From: a virus
Taxonomy: Duplodnaviria > Caudoviricetes
Length of the DNA stretch: 64,000 nucleotides
Strand: one strand, 5' to 3'
IMG/VR virus record: IMGVR_UViG_3300022660_000043
Shown here: in pieces, positions 54,261-64,000 of the stretch
How the letters are laid out: each line of letters starts with the position of its first letter
How positions within the stretch are numbered: the stretch's first letter is position 1
The notes under the pieces: generated by a model
Databases searched by the model: none
Seen by the model: the letters and a program-made list of their open reading frames with translations, nothing else
What the model was told of the DNA's origin: nothing
Made by a program: the position numbers and the translations under genes

Positions 54261-54920
54261 TCAAGTGGTCATACAATATTTTTGGAAGAGGTCTTTAAGA
54301 TATTTGAACCAATAGCTCTCTTCCATATTATAGTCGGGCTTCACAAAATCGAAGCTATAGCTCTTTCCGACAATAGTTTCAGGAAAAGCTTCCGGGTTAA
54401 AACGACATACATCTGCCTGAAGATGCTTGATGTACTCTTGAACCTGTTTCCACTCATAAGGAGAGAACTTGGCGGCTGCTTCAAGACAGTACTTACTAAG
54501 AAGCAACTCCACTCTAGAGAGCTCAAGCAAAGACTTAGCAGTAAGCTGTACAGCCTTCGCTCTAATCTCCTCGAGGGTTGGAAACACGAGAGCTGCTTCA
54601 GCTGCAAGGTATTCCTTCTCATACTCCACGCAAGCATTATAAAAGTCCTGCAGATCCTTATCCGTGAGACCGGCTGCCGGAACTCCGTTCCATCTCCACT
54701 CTGCATCATGGTAATGAGGAAGTTTGGAATATGTCTCATGAGGCAGAGTACCACGACCACAGTCAGAAGAGATACTGAGATAAGCCTGACCATCAGAGAT
54801 AAGCTTGGATACTCTTACTGCCTTACCTGCGCGATAGCATTGAAAATGGTTTCCGTCGTCTGAGAAATCTTCTTCAGGCCAACGCTCAAACCCATATTTA
54901 GTCATCACGATTCTCTTCAT
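54261..54920 (-). CDS. hypothetical protein
   Basis: 219 aa. Confidence 0.75.
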   Translation of the reverse strand: MKRIVMTKYGFERWPEEDFSDDGNHFQCYRAGKAVRVSKLISDGQAYLSISSDCGRGTLPHETYSKLPHYHDAEWRWNGVPAAGLTDKDLQDFYNACVEYEKEYLAAEAALVFPTLEEIRAKAVQLTAKSLLELSRVELLLSKYCLEAAAKFSPYEWKQVQEYIKHLQADVCRFNPEAFPETIVGKSYSFDFVKPDYNMEESYWFKYLKDLFQKYCMTT

Positions 54921-55069
54921 GCCTGAGCTCCCTTCAGCATAAATGCTTTTGCCACAAGGCTATTCTCATTCAGAACCACGGTCTCCTCTTCCTGAGAGGG
55001 ACGGAAGAAGGCGTCAACCCTCTCGCCTTTGTCGTTAGTAATAACGATAGTCATCTTTTCTTTCCTCCT

Positions 55070-55297
55070 TTAACTGTGCTTGATTTTGAAATAGCTTACT
55101 GCCGGACCATTGACGAAAGAGAACTGGACCTTGTTCTTCATCGCCTCCAGGCAATCTTCTTCGCTGAACCCGTCTACCAACTCCCAACGGTCATCATCCT
55201 GATTAAACCAGTAAAGGTTTCCGTCAGTACGGTTGTAGTAGTGATTCAGGGTCTTCGAATTAACGGCTTCGATAGTTTTCATTATTCTGTCCTCCAA
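55070..55297 (-). CDS. hypothetical protein
   Basis: follows class I promoter. Confidence 0.6.
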   Translation of the reverse strand: MEDRIMKTIEAVNSKTLNHYYNRTDGNLYWFNQDDDRWELVDGFSEEDCLEAMKNKVQFSFVNGPAVSYFKIKHS

Positions 55298-55452
55298 TAG
55301 GTTCGCTTGATTACATTATTATTATAACATATTCCAAGCCATTTGTAAACTGACAAAACTACCAGACTTTTACTATTTTTCTTATACAAAATGACCCGAC
55401 CGAAATCGGGTCATTTTCAAAAGTCCAATATCGAAATCAGACTGTTTTCAGA

Positions 55453-56274
55453 TTACATCGCGAGACCGGCTTCGAACTCAGTCAGATATGTAGCAGGCAC
55501 AAACTTTCTGATCTCATCGACATTCTGTTTCTTGCCGAACTGGAAACCGTACTTGTCAACGAGAGTCCAGAAGAATTCGACTGAGTCAATTGCCTTCTTG
55601 TTCTTTTCCGTAGCCTTGACGGTCAGTACAGAAGGAACTTCAGCATCGAAAGTGCCGTGGATACTGAGAGTATACTTCATAGGATTATTTCCAGAAGTCT
55701 TTGCTCCCTTCTCGTAGACTGTGGCACATTCAACCGGTCCGAACTTAGACTCAAACCAGCTCTTACACTCTTCGGGCATCGAGGGCTTGATAGACTTAAG
55801 ATGCTTTGCCATCCAACCGATCATCTCGTATTCAGTCTGCGGAGTCTTACAGAGCGTAGACAAATCTTCAGGCTTCAGACGATCGAGACGAGCAATAGTC
55901 TGCTCAACTTTCTTCTTTGCTTCAGCTTCCTGCTTTTCCTGTTCTTTCTGAAGACGAGCAGCTTCCTTACGAGCTCTCTCTTCTTCTCTTCGCTGCTGGT
56001 CCATTTCAAACCAGTTAGCTCCGTACTCTGCCATCAAACAGTCCAGAGTTTCCTGATCAGTCTCGTCGAAAGTGATAAGCTTACGTGCAGAGATGATAGA
56101 GAAGGCGAGAGTTACTGTCTTGACCGGGGACTCAAAGGTCATGAAAATTTCAGGCTTGCCCTGATATTCAGAGCACCTGAGGCTCGTAACCTTACCGGCA
56201 CCGTAGACCTTGTGGACGCAAGCGATTTCGCAAGCAGTTTCAGAATTGAGAGTAGTGAGCATAGTCGTATCCAT
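55453..56274 (-). CDS. hypothetical protein (SH3-like start, central coiled coil)
   Basis: VHKVYGAGKV; 273 aa; GGAGG. Confidence 0.75.
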   Translation of the reverse strand: MDTTMLTTLNSETACEIACVHKVYGAGKVTSLRCSEYQGKPEIFMTFESPVKTVTLAFSIISARKLITFDETDQETLDCLMAEYGANWFEMDQQRREEERARKEAARLQKEQEKQEAEAKKKVEQTIARLDRLKPEDLSTLCKTPQTEYEMIGWMAKHLKSIKPSMPEECKSWFESKFGPVECATVYEKGAKTSGNNPMKYTLSIHGTFDAEVPSVLTVKATEKNKKAIDSVEFFWTLVDKYGFQFGKKQNVDEIRKFVPATYLTEFEAGLAM

Positions 56275-56527
56275 AGTTGGACCTCCAAAATTTTATTTGT
56301 CAGAACTTAACTTCTTTGTTCTTACATACTAATTATAACATATTTTGACAAAAAAAGATACTGACAAAACAGCCAAAGTTTAATTATTTTTCTATGCAGA
56401 ATATAAAAAGGGAGCACAGCCCAACGACCAACTGTGCTCCAAAAAGAAAGGAGGTGAAAAATGTATGCAAGAACTACAACGCCCGCACATTATATTATAC
56501 AATGTCGAAAACCAAAATTTAACTATT

Positions 56528-57274
56528 TTAGAAAGTTTCTTCTGAAACTCCAGTAAACTGTTTCTGCTGAGTTCCGATTCTAGTGCCGACCCCGGAAGCC
56601 GGATAGGTAGGTCGGTTCTTCGGAAGCACCCAACTTACGTTAGTGTATCCACTCGCTGCTGCCTGACGAATTATAGCAACCTGAGTTGCCGGATCTTGAG
56701 TAAACTCTGTGAGAGTATCATGGAAGATCTGAATAACTCCCTTAGTCAGATTACCCTTCTTACCTTCGATAATAGCTTCGACCCAGAGCTTATAAGCTTC
56801 TTGTACTTCCGAGGTATGACTCAAGGTAGCAGTAAACCCGGTGAATGTCGCAATCTTACCCTGTCGTTTGGCGGCAGCTACATCAGTAGTCTTGGTCTTA
56901 GCTTTCTTCTGCAACTTCTCCAGAACCTTAACATCATCGTCGAGAAGATATTCCGCCATCTGCTGGACGTTGATTCCAATCTCATTAGGATTCTCAGGGT
57001 TAACCTGAAGAACTCCGATCCGAATTAATGCCTGATCCAAAGCGAGTTGCTGTTCTACCGGAATTCCGCATTCCTTTTCTACATACTCTCGCTTGAGAGG
57101 GAAGTAACCTGTGGCCACGAGAGTATCCCACTTCTTTTCTATTACCCTAGGATAAACATCGAGTAGGACGGCAAAGTAGGTGCTGAGTTCCAGACCGAAG
57201 TAACGAACCATCTTCTTATTAACAAGGAGATAAGAGTCCTTGCTCATAATATCAATAAACATAAAATCCTCCAA
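56528..57274 (-). CDS. putative winged-helix DNA-binding/replication protein
   Basis: LVNK...GL...GYFPL.REYVEKECGI...L..L...G pattern. Confidence 0.5.
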   Translation of the reverse strand: MEDFMFIDIMSKDSYLLVNKKMVRYFGLELSTYFAVLLDVYPRVIEKKWDTLVATGYFPLKREYVEKECGIPVEQQLALDQALIRIGVLQVNPENPNEIGINVQQMAEYLLDDDVKVLEKLQKKAKTKTTDVAAAKRQGKIATFTGFTATLSHTSEVQEAYKLWVEAIIEGKKGNLTKGVIQIFHDTLTEFTQDPATQVAIIRQAAASGYTNVSWVLPKNRPTYPASGVGTRIGTQQKQFTGVSEETF

Positions 57275-57389
57275 ATAAATATTCTATTTTATTATACGAT
57301 ATAAGTAACTACGAAAAAACACCCCATCCGAAAATAGGGTGTTTTGAATTTTACATATTTGAAAACCGGTGGTTTTCAAATTATATGTA

Positions 57390-58274
57390 TTAGTAGGAGA
57401 AATTACCTCGTGCATCCGCAAGAGTACGATCGAGGAAGCGATAAAGCTTCTGATTGTTGGCACTTCTGATAGCTTCGAGAGCCTTACCGAACTCTACCGG
57501 ATTGAAGTTATAGTTTTCACCGAAATACGAGGCATAATCCTGAGGAAGTTTGCTCAGAAGCTGCACGCACCGGAAAGGCCAGAACTCTTTGGATACTTGA
57601 GTGAACTTCTTGGGATTACCTTCAGGATCTCGGCCCTCAACAACCTTCTTCGAAGTCTTCATAACGTCGTTGAAGGCGATAGTGTCGAGGATGATGGCCT
57701 CAACAATCTTCTTCTTGTTGAGATAAAGCTGAACCAGAGCTCTGGCATTACCTTCCGCAGAAGACCGAGCTTGATAATCAAGGTCATCATCGTCAGCGAG
57801 AGTATCACCAAGAGTGGTCTTGCCCTCTCCGCCAAACATTTCGCTGATTTCCTCATCCATCGAGGCAGCGTAGTGATTAGCACGGCTCTTGTCGAGGTTT
57901 TCCTGATAGTTATCTCGGAGGAAGGTAGTCTTGATGCACTTCTTTACAGCCTGATCGGCATTAACACCACGAGAGGGATCCTGCCAGACCTTGTACTCAA
58001 GAGCAAGCTCAATAGCTTTCCAGCCCTTGGAGATCTTCTCGTCGTATTCTACGTTCATACCGATCTTCTCATTGATGAAGTAACTCCAGAAACGGAGCAT
58101 AAGACCGGCAGCGCAGCAATCACGAAGCTTCTCGTCTCCAGCTTCTCTTGCAGCCTCCATAGTATCGAGCATCCAAGCTGCGGTTGCAGGATCTTTGTTA
58201 GAGTACTTAACTCCATAGTCCCTCTCAAGAACCGCTGCCTGTGCCTTAAACATAGTAAAAGCGGGGTTAGTCAA
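57390..58274 (-). CDS. putative divergent sigma-factor-like protein
   Basis: ASMDEEI....GEGKTTLGDTLAD resembles sigma70 region 3.2. Confidence 0.45.
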   Translation of the reverse strand: MTNPAFTMFKAQAAVLERDYGVKYSNKDPATAAWMLDTMEAAREAGDEKLRDCCAAGLMLRFWSYFINEKIGMNVEYDEKISKGWKAIELALEYKVWQDPSRGVNADQAVKKCIKTTFLRDNYQENLDKSRANHYAASMDEEISEMFGGEGKTTLGDTLADDDDLDYQARSSAEGNARALVQLYLNKKKIVEAIILDTIAFNDVMKTSKKVVEGRDPEGNPKKFTQVSKEFWPFRCVQLLSKLPQDYASYFGENYNFNPVEFGKALEAIRSANNQKLYRFLDRTLADARGNFSY

Positions 58275-58305
58275 TATGTATCACCTTGTCCTTTCTTTCA
58301 TTGTC

Positions 58306-59907
58306 TCAGTCACAGAAACTGTAACTTACCTTATCAGTAAATGCCGGGAACAGCTGCTGCTTCTTCTGTCTTGCCACTGCCTCAACCTCAAGCAAGCCCT
58401 TACGAACTTTGAGAACCTGAGCAGCGGTCAGTCTGATCATCTTCATTGCCTTACCATCTGAAGTCAGTCGCTCCCAAATGTAATAGTACTGTCTATGACC
58501 GGCGGAGGAACATCTCACTCTCTTACCTTCTACCTTCTTGAAGGCAGGTGTAACCTTTGCTACACCGACATGAGTGCAGGTCCACTTACCAGACTTCATT
58601 CCCATATACTTACTTTTCATTTTTGTATGTACCAGTCCTTTCTTAATTGTACATAATATTATATCACGTTTTGTTATGTTTGTAAACTGACAAATCTGCC
58701 AAAATTTAGATAAATTTGTCAGTTTTTCTTATGCAGAATTTCGTTAAAGATCGCGCCGGCAAAATGATCATCTCCCTCTACCTTGACAACTGTCTCAACC
58801 CACACATGCAAAGCAGCAAGAGGTTTGCCGTACCAGTTAGAACCCTTGAAATCGAGCAAAGCATGAAGACTTGGGATCTTATCCCTCGCAATAAGGATTG
58901 CCTCATCTGGGTCAGCTCCGGCCCAGAGCAAGAGAATACCTTCAAGCTGTTCTCCCTCTACCCCAATGCCCTGAACCAGAACCCGGTACTCACAGGGTTC
59001 GAGCTCAAAGTCCTCAAGGTCATTCACACATTCCATGTTCTTGTCGTCCATCCCTCTCCTCCATCCTTAAGATACCAGTCGCCGTCTTCGCCGTGGAAGA
59101 TCTCACCTTCAGATTCCAGAACAGCGTAGACTGCTTCGCAAGCTGCGTCGAAGTTATCACAGTCTTCTTGAAATGCCTTACGCTCCTGATCATCTGAGTC
59201 AGAGTTCCAGAAGATATACTGGTTCCACTCTACCTCAAGCTCATGGTACTGCTCATCAAGACCGACATCCAGCCAGTATCTTCGCTTCGAGTCTTTGTGG
59301 TAAAGACAAACAGACCAGCAACCTTTTGTTTTGTTTTTTACAACAGTCAATGGTGTAAACATCAGTCATCCTCCCCTACTTGAATATGAAGTCGAATGCT
59401 TTCCATCATCATATCCTGCTGGTCTTCGTCCCACCATTGATTAGTGACCTCAAGCTCATCAGAGTTGATCACGTCACACCACCATTCTCCAAGCTTACGC
59501 GGAACATTGTCCAGAACTTCTTCTACCTGCTTCATAGTCTCACAACTATCAAGAGCTTCCCAGACATCATTTACATGATTAAACGTTTTCATAGCTTACC
59601 TCCAGTCGTTTACTCATCATCTATATTATAACATATTTTCAAGGATTTGTAAACTGACAATCTGCACGAAGTTTTAGGTGGCTTCCTGTTAGTCCTTTAC
59701 TGGTTCTATAACACAGTTCAGCACTGATGACCTAGATAAGAGCATGGACCTCCAAAGCTCTGCTTTCTCAAAATCCATTACCCAAGCCTCTTCTTTCCGT
59801 GTATCCCACTTGATAGCTCCTTCCTCATCGAGACCACTGAGATAATAAATCTCGGGTGCGATCTGACCTTTGCGATTAGCTAAACGAAAGCTGAGAATGT
59901 ATTTCAT
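58306..59907 (-). other. hypothetical CDSs (58306-58620 basic, 58719-59051, 59024-59362, 59362-59592, 59689-59907)
   Basis: tiling. Confidence 0.65.
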
Positions 59908-59917
59908 GTCCCTCTCC

Positions 59918-60241
59918 TTACTCTACATTATTTTCAACCAAAGCTCTGGATACATAGATCCTGTCGATGTATCCAGCAATTCGGTCGACCTCCTCATTCC
60001 AATAAATCTTGGCTCTTTCTCTTGCATCTTCGGGGGTGCTGTAGATGTCTTGAGTCTCTACTCCCTTTACCAGACCACAGCACTCACACTTGTACTGATA
60101 AGAAGAGTGACCGGGATAGCCATGACCTCCAGGTCTTCCGAGATCGCACTCTTCACGATGAGGATGCTCCCCGCAGATAGGGCAAGCTTTTGCAGAAATG
60201 AACTGAACTTTCGGCGTTATATTTCTGTAGTAGGTGCTCAT
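59918..60241 (-). CDS. Lar-like Zn-finger protein
   Basis: CPICG...CECCG...AKIYWN. Confidence 0.6.
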   Translation of the reverse strand: MSTYYRNITPKVQFISAKACPICGEHPHREECDLGRPGGHGYPGHSSYQYKCECCGLVKGVETQDIYSTPEDARERAKIYWNEEVDRIAGYIDRIYVSRALVENNVE

Positions 60242-60243
60242 GA

Positions 60244-60978
60244 TTAGTCCTCCTTAATTTTGAGAATAAAGTTATTGATTTCGACTCTGCCGCGGTTCTC
60301 ACCGAAGAGCCTAAGAAGAGCTTCTACCAGACAGTCGAGCTGCTGGATAGAAGAAATGTCTACGCCCTCCTTACCCACAGTGAGAGGGGCAAACTCAAGG
60401 TACTCCAAGTCCTCGCTGTAACGATCGTTGAAGTGGTCAATAACTTCAGCAAGAATGAAGTTGTCGTAGTCCAATTTGGAATACTCATTAACCAGATCTC
60501 TGAGATCGTCACAGAGTCTGTCGAAGTCTCTTACCAACTGAGTCCATACTCTAAGGTCGTGGATGAAGTCCTTTACTGTATTACCATAGTAGCTGCGGGT
60601 ATCGTCCTTGAAGTCCTTATAGGTCTGATAATCCCAGATCCAGTCAGGAAGCACATGATCATTGTTATCTCGGTTGTAGAGAACGAGGTAACCACCCTGA
60701 CGACCGTTAAAGTGGACTCTGTACACCGGATGCTCTGCTACGAAGTCATCAATCTTTTCCTGAATAAGGAACTGAAGATCTCCAATGTCTTGTTCATCAA
60801 AAAGGAAACGAGCTGCAGTAGTCCAGTCACCTTCGAGCTTCAGGTTGTAGAGCTTTACGTTATGTGCAATCGATCTTCCACCATTCCAAGAATGGCAGGT
60901 GGAATAAGTAAAGTGATCATGCAGGAATTCCCACATAGACTTGGGGTTAGAAATGTCAACACCAGTTTTATAGAACAT
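60244..60978 (-). CDS. hypothetical protein
   Basis: 244 aa; FNGRQGGYLVL. Confidence 0.75.
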   Translation of the reverse strand: MFYKTGVDISNPKSMWEFLHDHFTYSTCHSWNGGRSIAHNVKLYNLKLEGDWTTAARFLFDEQDIGDLQFLIQEKIDDFVAEHPVYRVHFNGRQGGYLVLYNRDNNDHVLPDWIWDYQTYKDFKDDTRSYYGNTVKDFIHDLRVWTQLVRDFDRLCDDLRDLVNEYSKLDYDNFILAEVIDHFNDRYSEDLEYLEFAPLTVGKEGVDISSIQQLDCLVEALLRLFGENRGRVEINNFILKIKED

Positions 60979-61110
60979 CTTTTTTCCTCCTCAAATTTTA
61001 TCGGTTCTCTGAATATACAACGGAATAAAGCCAAACAGGAAAATTCCCTTGTAATCATAACGATCTCTGAAACGATTGTATGTATGCCACTTCTTGTAAA
61101 CGATCATTTC

Positions 61111-63020
61111 TTATTCCTCCTCGTTGTTTGCAGAATTAGGCCAGTAAAGATTTTTGAGTTCATCATAGTTTTCAATCCAGCTGAGAAGAACATCTTTTGC
61201 CAGACTCTTCGTAATGCCTGCAAGCTCAGCAAGATAAGGGGAAGCTCCCCACATATTACATATACCCGACTGTCTGATTGCTTCGAGCATGATGTAGTAT
61301 TCTTTCCACTTATGATTGATGGGATATTCCATAAGAAGTCCTCCGTTCTTTAACTTACATATATATTATATCATAAAACGGCTTTGTTGTAAACTGACAA
61401 AATAACCAAAGTTTAGATAATTTTTTATCTATTTTATAGTAAAAGCACCCAAGATCCCTCTCAGGTGCTTTTATCATGTACTTTACTTATTTATTAGTCG
61501 TCGATCGATACGAGGTCACACTCGTACAGCACATCAACACACTCAGTGTAGCCCTCTTCAGGATCAAGCTCATCCTCAGGCTCCATCTCAATACACTGCT
61601 CCACTCTGAGAGTCAAGAAGTCGCCGCGCTCGGGATGAAAGCCATAGATAGTATCCATAGTTTCACCGGCGAACTCAAGGCAATCTTCTACTGTCCGGAT
61701 TTGGCGAGCATACTCAAGAGCAGCCTTCGGAACCTCAAATTCTTCCAGAAAGATTTCGGTGTCGGTGGGGTCACCGTCCTTGTTGTAGCCGAGAGCACAA
61801 ACAACGTAAATGTAATTTTCCATAGTATATTCCTCCGTAGTTTCATTTGATTACATATATATTATATCACAACCGGTAAGATTTGTAAATCGACAAAGTG
61901 CACAGACTTTTATTATTTTTCTATGCACTTAGCCGGCACCCACACAGCAGTCGAGCTTGAGCTTCGTCTTCAGAGCCTGAAAACAAGTGATCTGCCCAAT
62001 GTCTCCGAGTCTCTCCCCTTCGATAAAGAGTTCAAGTTCTTCGAACTCATAGGGCTGGATATACTCAGACTCCATCTTCTTCTGCACTCTGTAGAGCTTG
62101 TAACCCTTAAGCTCGGGATACTTGAAAATCTGATCCTTTTCCCAAGGAATTGCTTTGCCGTGAGCATCCCAATAAGATTTTACATCAACTCTCTTGGTGT
62201 ATCCCATCTGAACAAGCTCTCTGGAAATCTCAGTAACCTTCATCTTAAACTCCTTTCAGGGTTTCAAGCATGTCTGCAAATCCAGAACACTCTTCTGCAT
62301 TCTCAAGGTGCATCTGAGCCTGCTCTGCATCCTTAGCTCCCTTAGCCCAAAGTCTCTCATTACTTGCTGCGCCTCTGTAATCAGAGATCAGTTCATCAAG
62401 CCACAGTTTCTGGTTTTCAGTCATAGTTAATGCTCCTCCTTAACTTCACAAATTTCTGCAGGGAAAGAACGTCCATCGCCATACCAGCAATCAGTGTCCG
62501 GCTTATAGAGCCAGTCCTTATCGCAGATATAAAAAGGCGGATAGAGAGCGTTTTTAGGGACAATCTTCATGTCACCATGAAAGGCTTTATAGCCTTCAAC
62601 CTTAATCATAAGTCTTATCCTCCGTGCTCTTGATTACAATATTATTATATCACATTTTGATTGATTTGTAAACTGACAAAGCTACCAGACTTTTACAATC
62701 TTTTCTGGTAGCTTTGTATGTTTTCATATTTCACATTTTGCTGCGAGCTCTTTCACAATCTCAAGAACCTGAGCTTCATGGTAAATAGAACCGTAGTCCC
62801 TCTCCCACTCTCCGGTACGTCTATCTACCCGGAAGATTCCCCAGCTCTCTCCGAGACTGATCTCTACTCTGGGTCCGTATTGGTCTTCGCTTATAGTAGC
62901 TTGAAAGATATCATAGTTTCCGTATTTCTTCTGCTGGTTAATCTTTCTGGTCATGAAAGCTTTGTTCTTTCCTCTGACAATAGAAAGCATTTCATCCTGA
63001 GTTAAACGTTTCATATCCAA
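61111..63020 (-). other. small hypothetical CDSs (61111-61332, 61494-61823, 61929-62243, 62245-62424, 62427-62609, 62724-63020)
   Basis: RBSs, promoter cassettes. Confidence 0.65.
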
Positions 63021-63029
63021 CCTCCAAAC

Positions 63030-63698
63030 TTATTTCAAAAGCTCTACTACATCTTTAGGGTTTCGAGCATCGTAGCAGTTACGACACTCTACACATCTCC
63101 TCTTACCACAGTTGATAGCAGGATTAGTCTTGTCTCTCGTCACAGTGAAAGTAATAACTCTTCTGTGATACTGTTTGATGTTCTCAACAAAGGACTCGTG
63201 AAGAACATGGTCTATGTAAGGACTGGAGAGGATCAAGGTTACGTTATCAGGAAATCTCTTTCCACTTTCGAAATACTTTCTGATAATACCGTACTGTTTA
63301 GTAAACAGTGCGAATTTCGTATGTCTTGCTGCTCTTGCAATTCTTATGTAGTTGAGAAGCTGTGTTTCATTAGTCAGATCTCCGAAAGATTCGAATCTCG
63401 CAATCGCAGTGTTCAGAAAGAACTTCGCAATCTCCTTAAGCTCGGAGGTAGTAAGTTCCCTCTCTGCAAGGATGTGAGTGTTGTTCGTGAGAGCACCCTC
63501 AAGTCTCGGATACATTGCCATTGTCCTGTCTACATAGCAGTGAGTACAAATGCAATCAGGATTATCAGAGCAGGCTCTTTGCATGCACTGGGGGTTAAGT
63601 TTCTTGTTCGTGCTAAGACTGGGGATCATGGTCATCTTACCCTGATGCTCAGAGAGAGTGATATGTTCTTGATCGTTGATTTGAATTTTGAAGCTCAT
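63030..63698 (-). CDS. Gp88-like Cys-rich phage protein
   Basis: C..ICTHCY, RFESFGD, FALFTK, NCG...CVECRNCY. Confidence 0.6.
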   Translation of the reverse strand: MSFKIQINDQEHITLSEHQGKMTMIPSLSTNKKLNPQCMQRACSDNPDCICTHCYVDRTMAMYPRLEGALTNNTHILAERELTTSELKEIAKFFLNTAIARFESFGDLTNETQLLNYIRIARAARHTKFALFTKQYGIIRKYFESGKRFPDNVTLILSSPYIDHVLHESFVENIKQYHRRVITFTVTRDKTNPAINCGKRRCVECRNCYDARNPKDVVELLK

Positions 63699-64000
63699 GG
63701 TCTTTACCTCTCCACTTGTTCGTTACAATAATATTATAACATATTTTGCCGAAAAAGTAAATAGGTAAACTAACCAGAGTTTACTTACTTTTCTTGTGCA
63801 TCTTGATAAATGCCTGTGAACATATCTCTCACGTTATTTGCCTTGAAGACACCAACGTAGTTTCCGAGAGTATCAATAGTCCATCTAATTCCACCGTACT
63901 CCGCAGCATTCTTTGCTTTCGCAATCATGTTGTCGCTGGACATATTAACTCTCGCTTTCTGAGACCAGAGATCTACAAACTCTGCGAGTCTATCAGGTGT

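Larger units (their letters stand above)
46494..63782 (-). promoter_or_regulatory. 14 copies of a ~50-bp class I promoter module (AAAsTyTGk-N-TTTGTCAG-TTTACA-17bp-TATAAT)
   Basis: copies start near 46494, 48243, 49524, 50543, 52322, 54174, 55321, 56332, 58658, 59625, 61365, 61861, 62644, 63733. Confidence 0.85.

Noticed and set aside
55657-63731. Long + strand ORFs (55657-56310, 57369-58340, 60433-61353, 63165-63731)
   Set aside because: In-register antisense shadows of minus-strand genes, without RBS or promoter.
46494-63782. Integron attC sites or IS ends as the identity of the intergenic repeats
   Set aside because: No integrase or transposase; the repeats have -35/-10 spacing and always sit upstream of an RBS.
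1-64000. Genome-wide stop-codon reassignment
   Set aside because: Genes tile fully under code 11; TGA and TAG end many genes with ATGA overlaps; only two interrupted genes were seen.

Overview
A 64-kb segment of a large, probably lytic, dsDNA phage genome. The host is inferred to be an anaerobic Firmicute (nrdD/nrdG, an AbrB/SpoVT-type regulator, strong GGAGG RBSs). About 140 tightly packed genes lie on the minus strand and one on the plus strand; genetic code 11 fits. Most genes are small hypotheticals. Recognisable ones cover RNA/tRNA healing (Thg1-like guanylyltransferase, RNA ligase with an OB-fold, HD hydrolase, metallophosphoesterase, HAD phosphatase, YqeY), nucleotide metabolism (NT5C, nicotinamidase, thymidine kinase, NrdD/NrdG) and DNA functions (Dam, ATP-dependent ligase, AEP-like protein, GIY-YIG, HNH). 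The standout is a ~1.37-kb non-coding block (12615-13995) under its own promoter, directly upstream of the RNA-repair genes. It holds five dispersed copies of a structured RNA motif I do not recognise (GUGCCACGAAGC...AGCUGUGGUAAAUGGA-N-GAACAGC, covarying stems, variable inserts), three aberrant tRNA-like RNAs and a ~255-nt multibranched RNA. Other notable items: a tRNA-Ile(UAU); a HAD gene interrupted by GAT-TA-GAT (stop-hop geometry); a gene with an in-frame TGA; and three repeated promoter classes. All calls come from reading the sequence and recalled motifs; no searches or folding programs were run.
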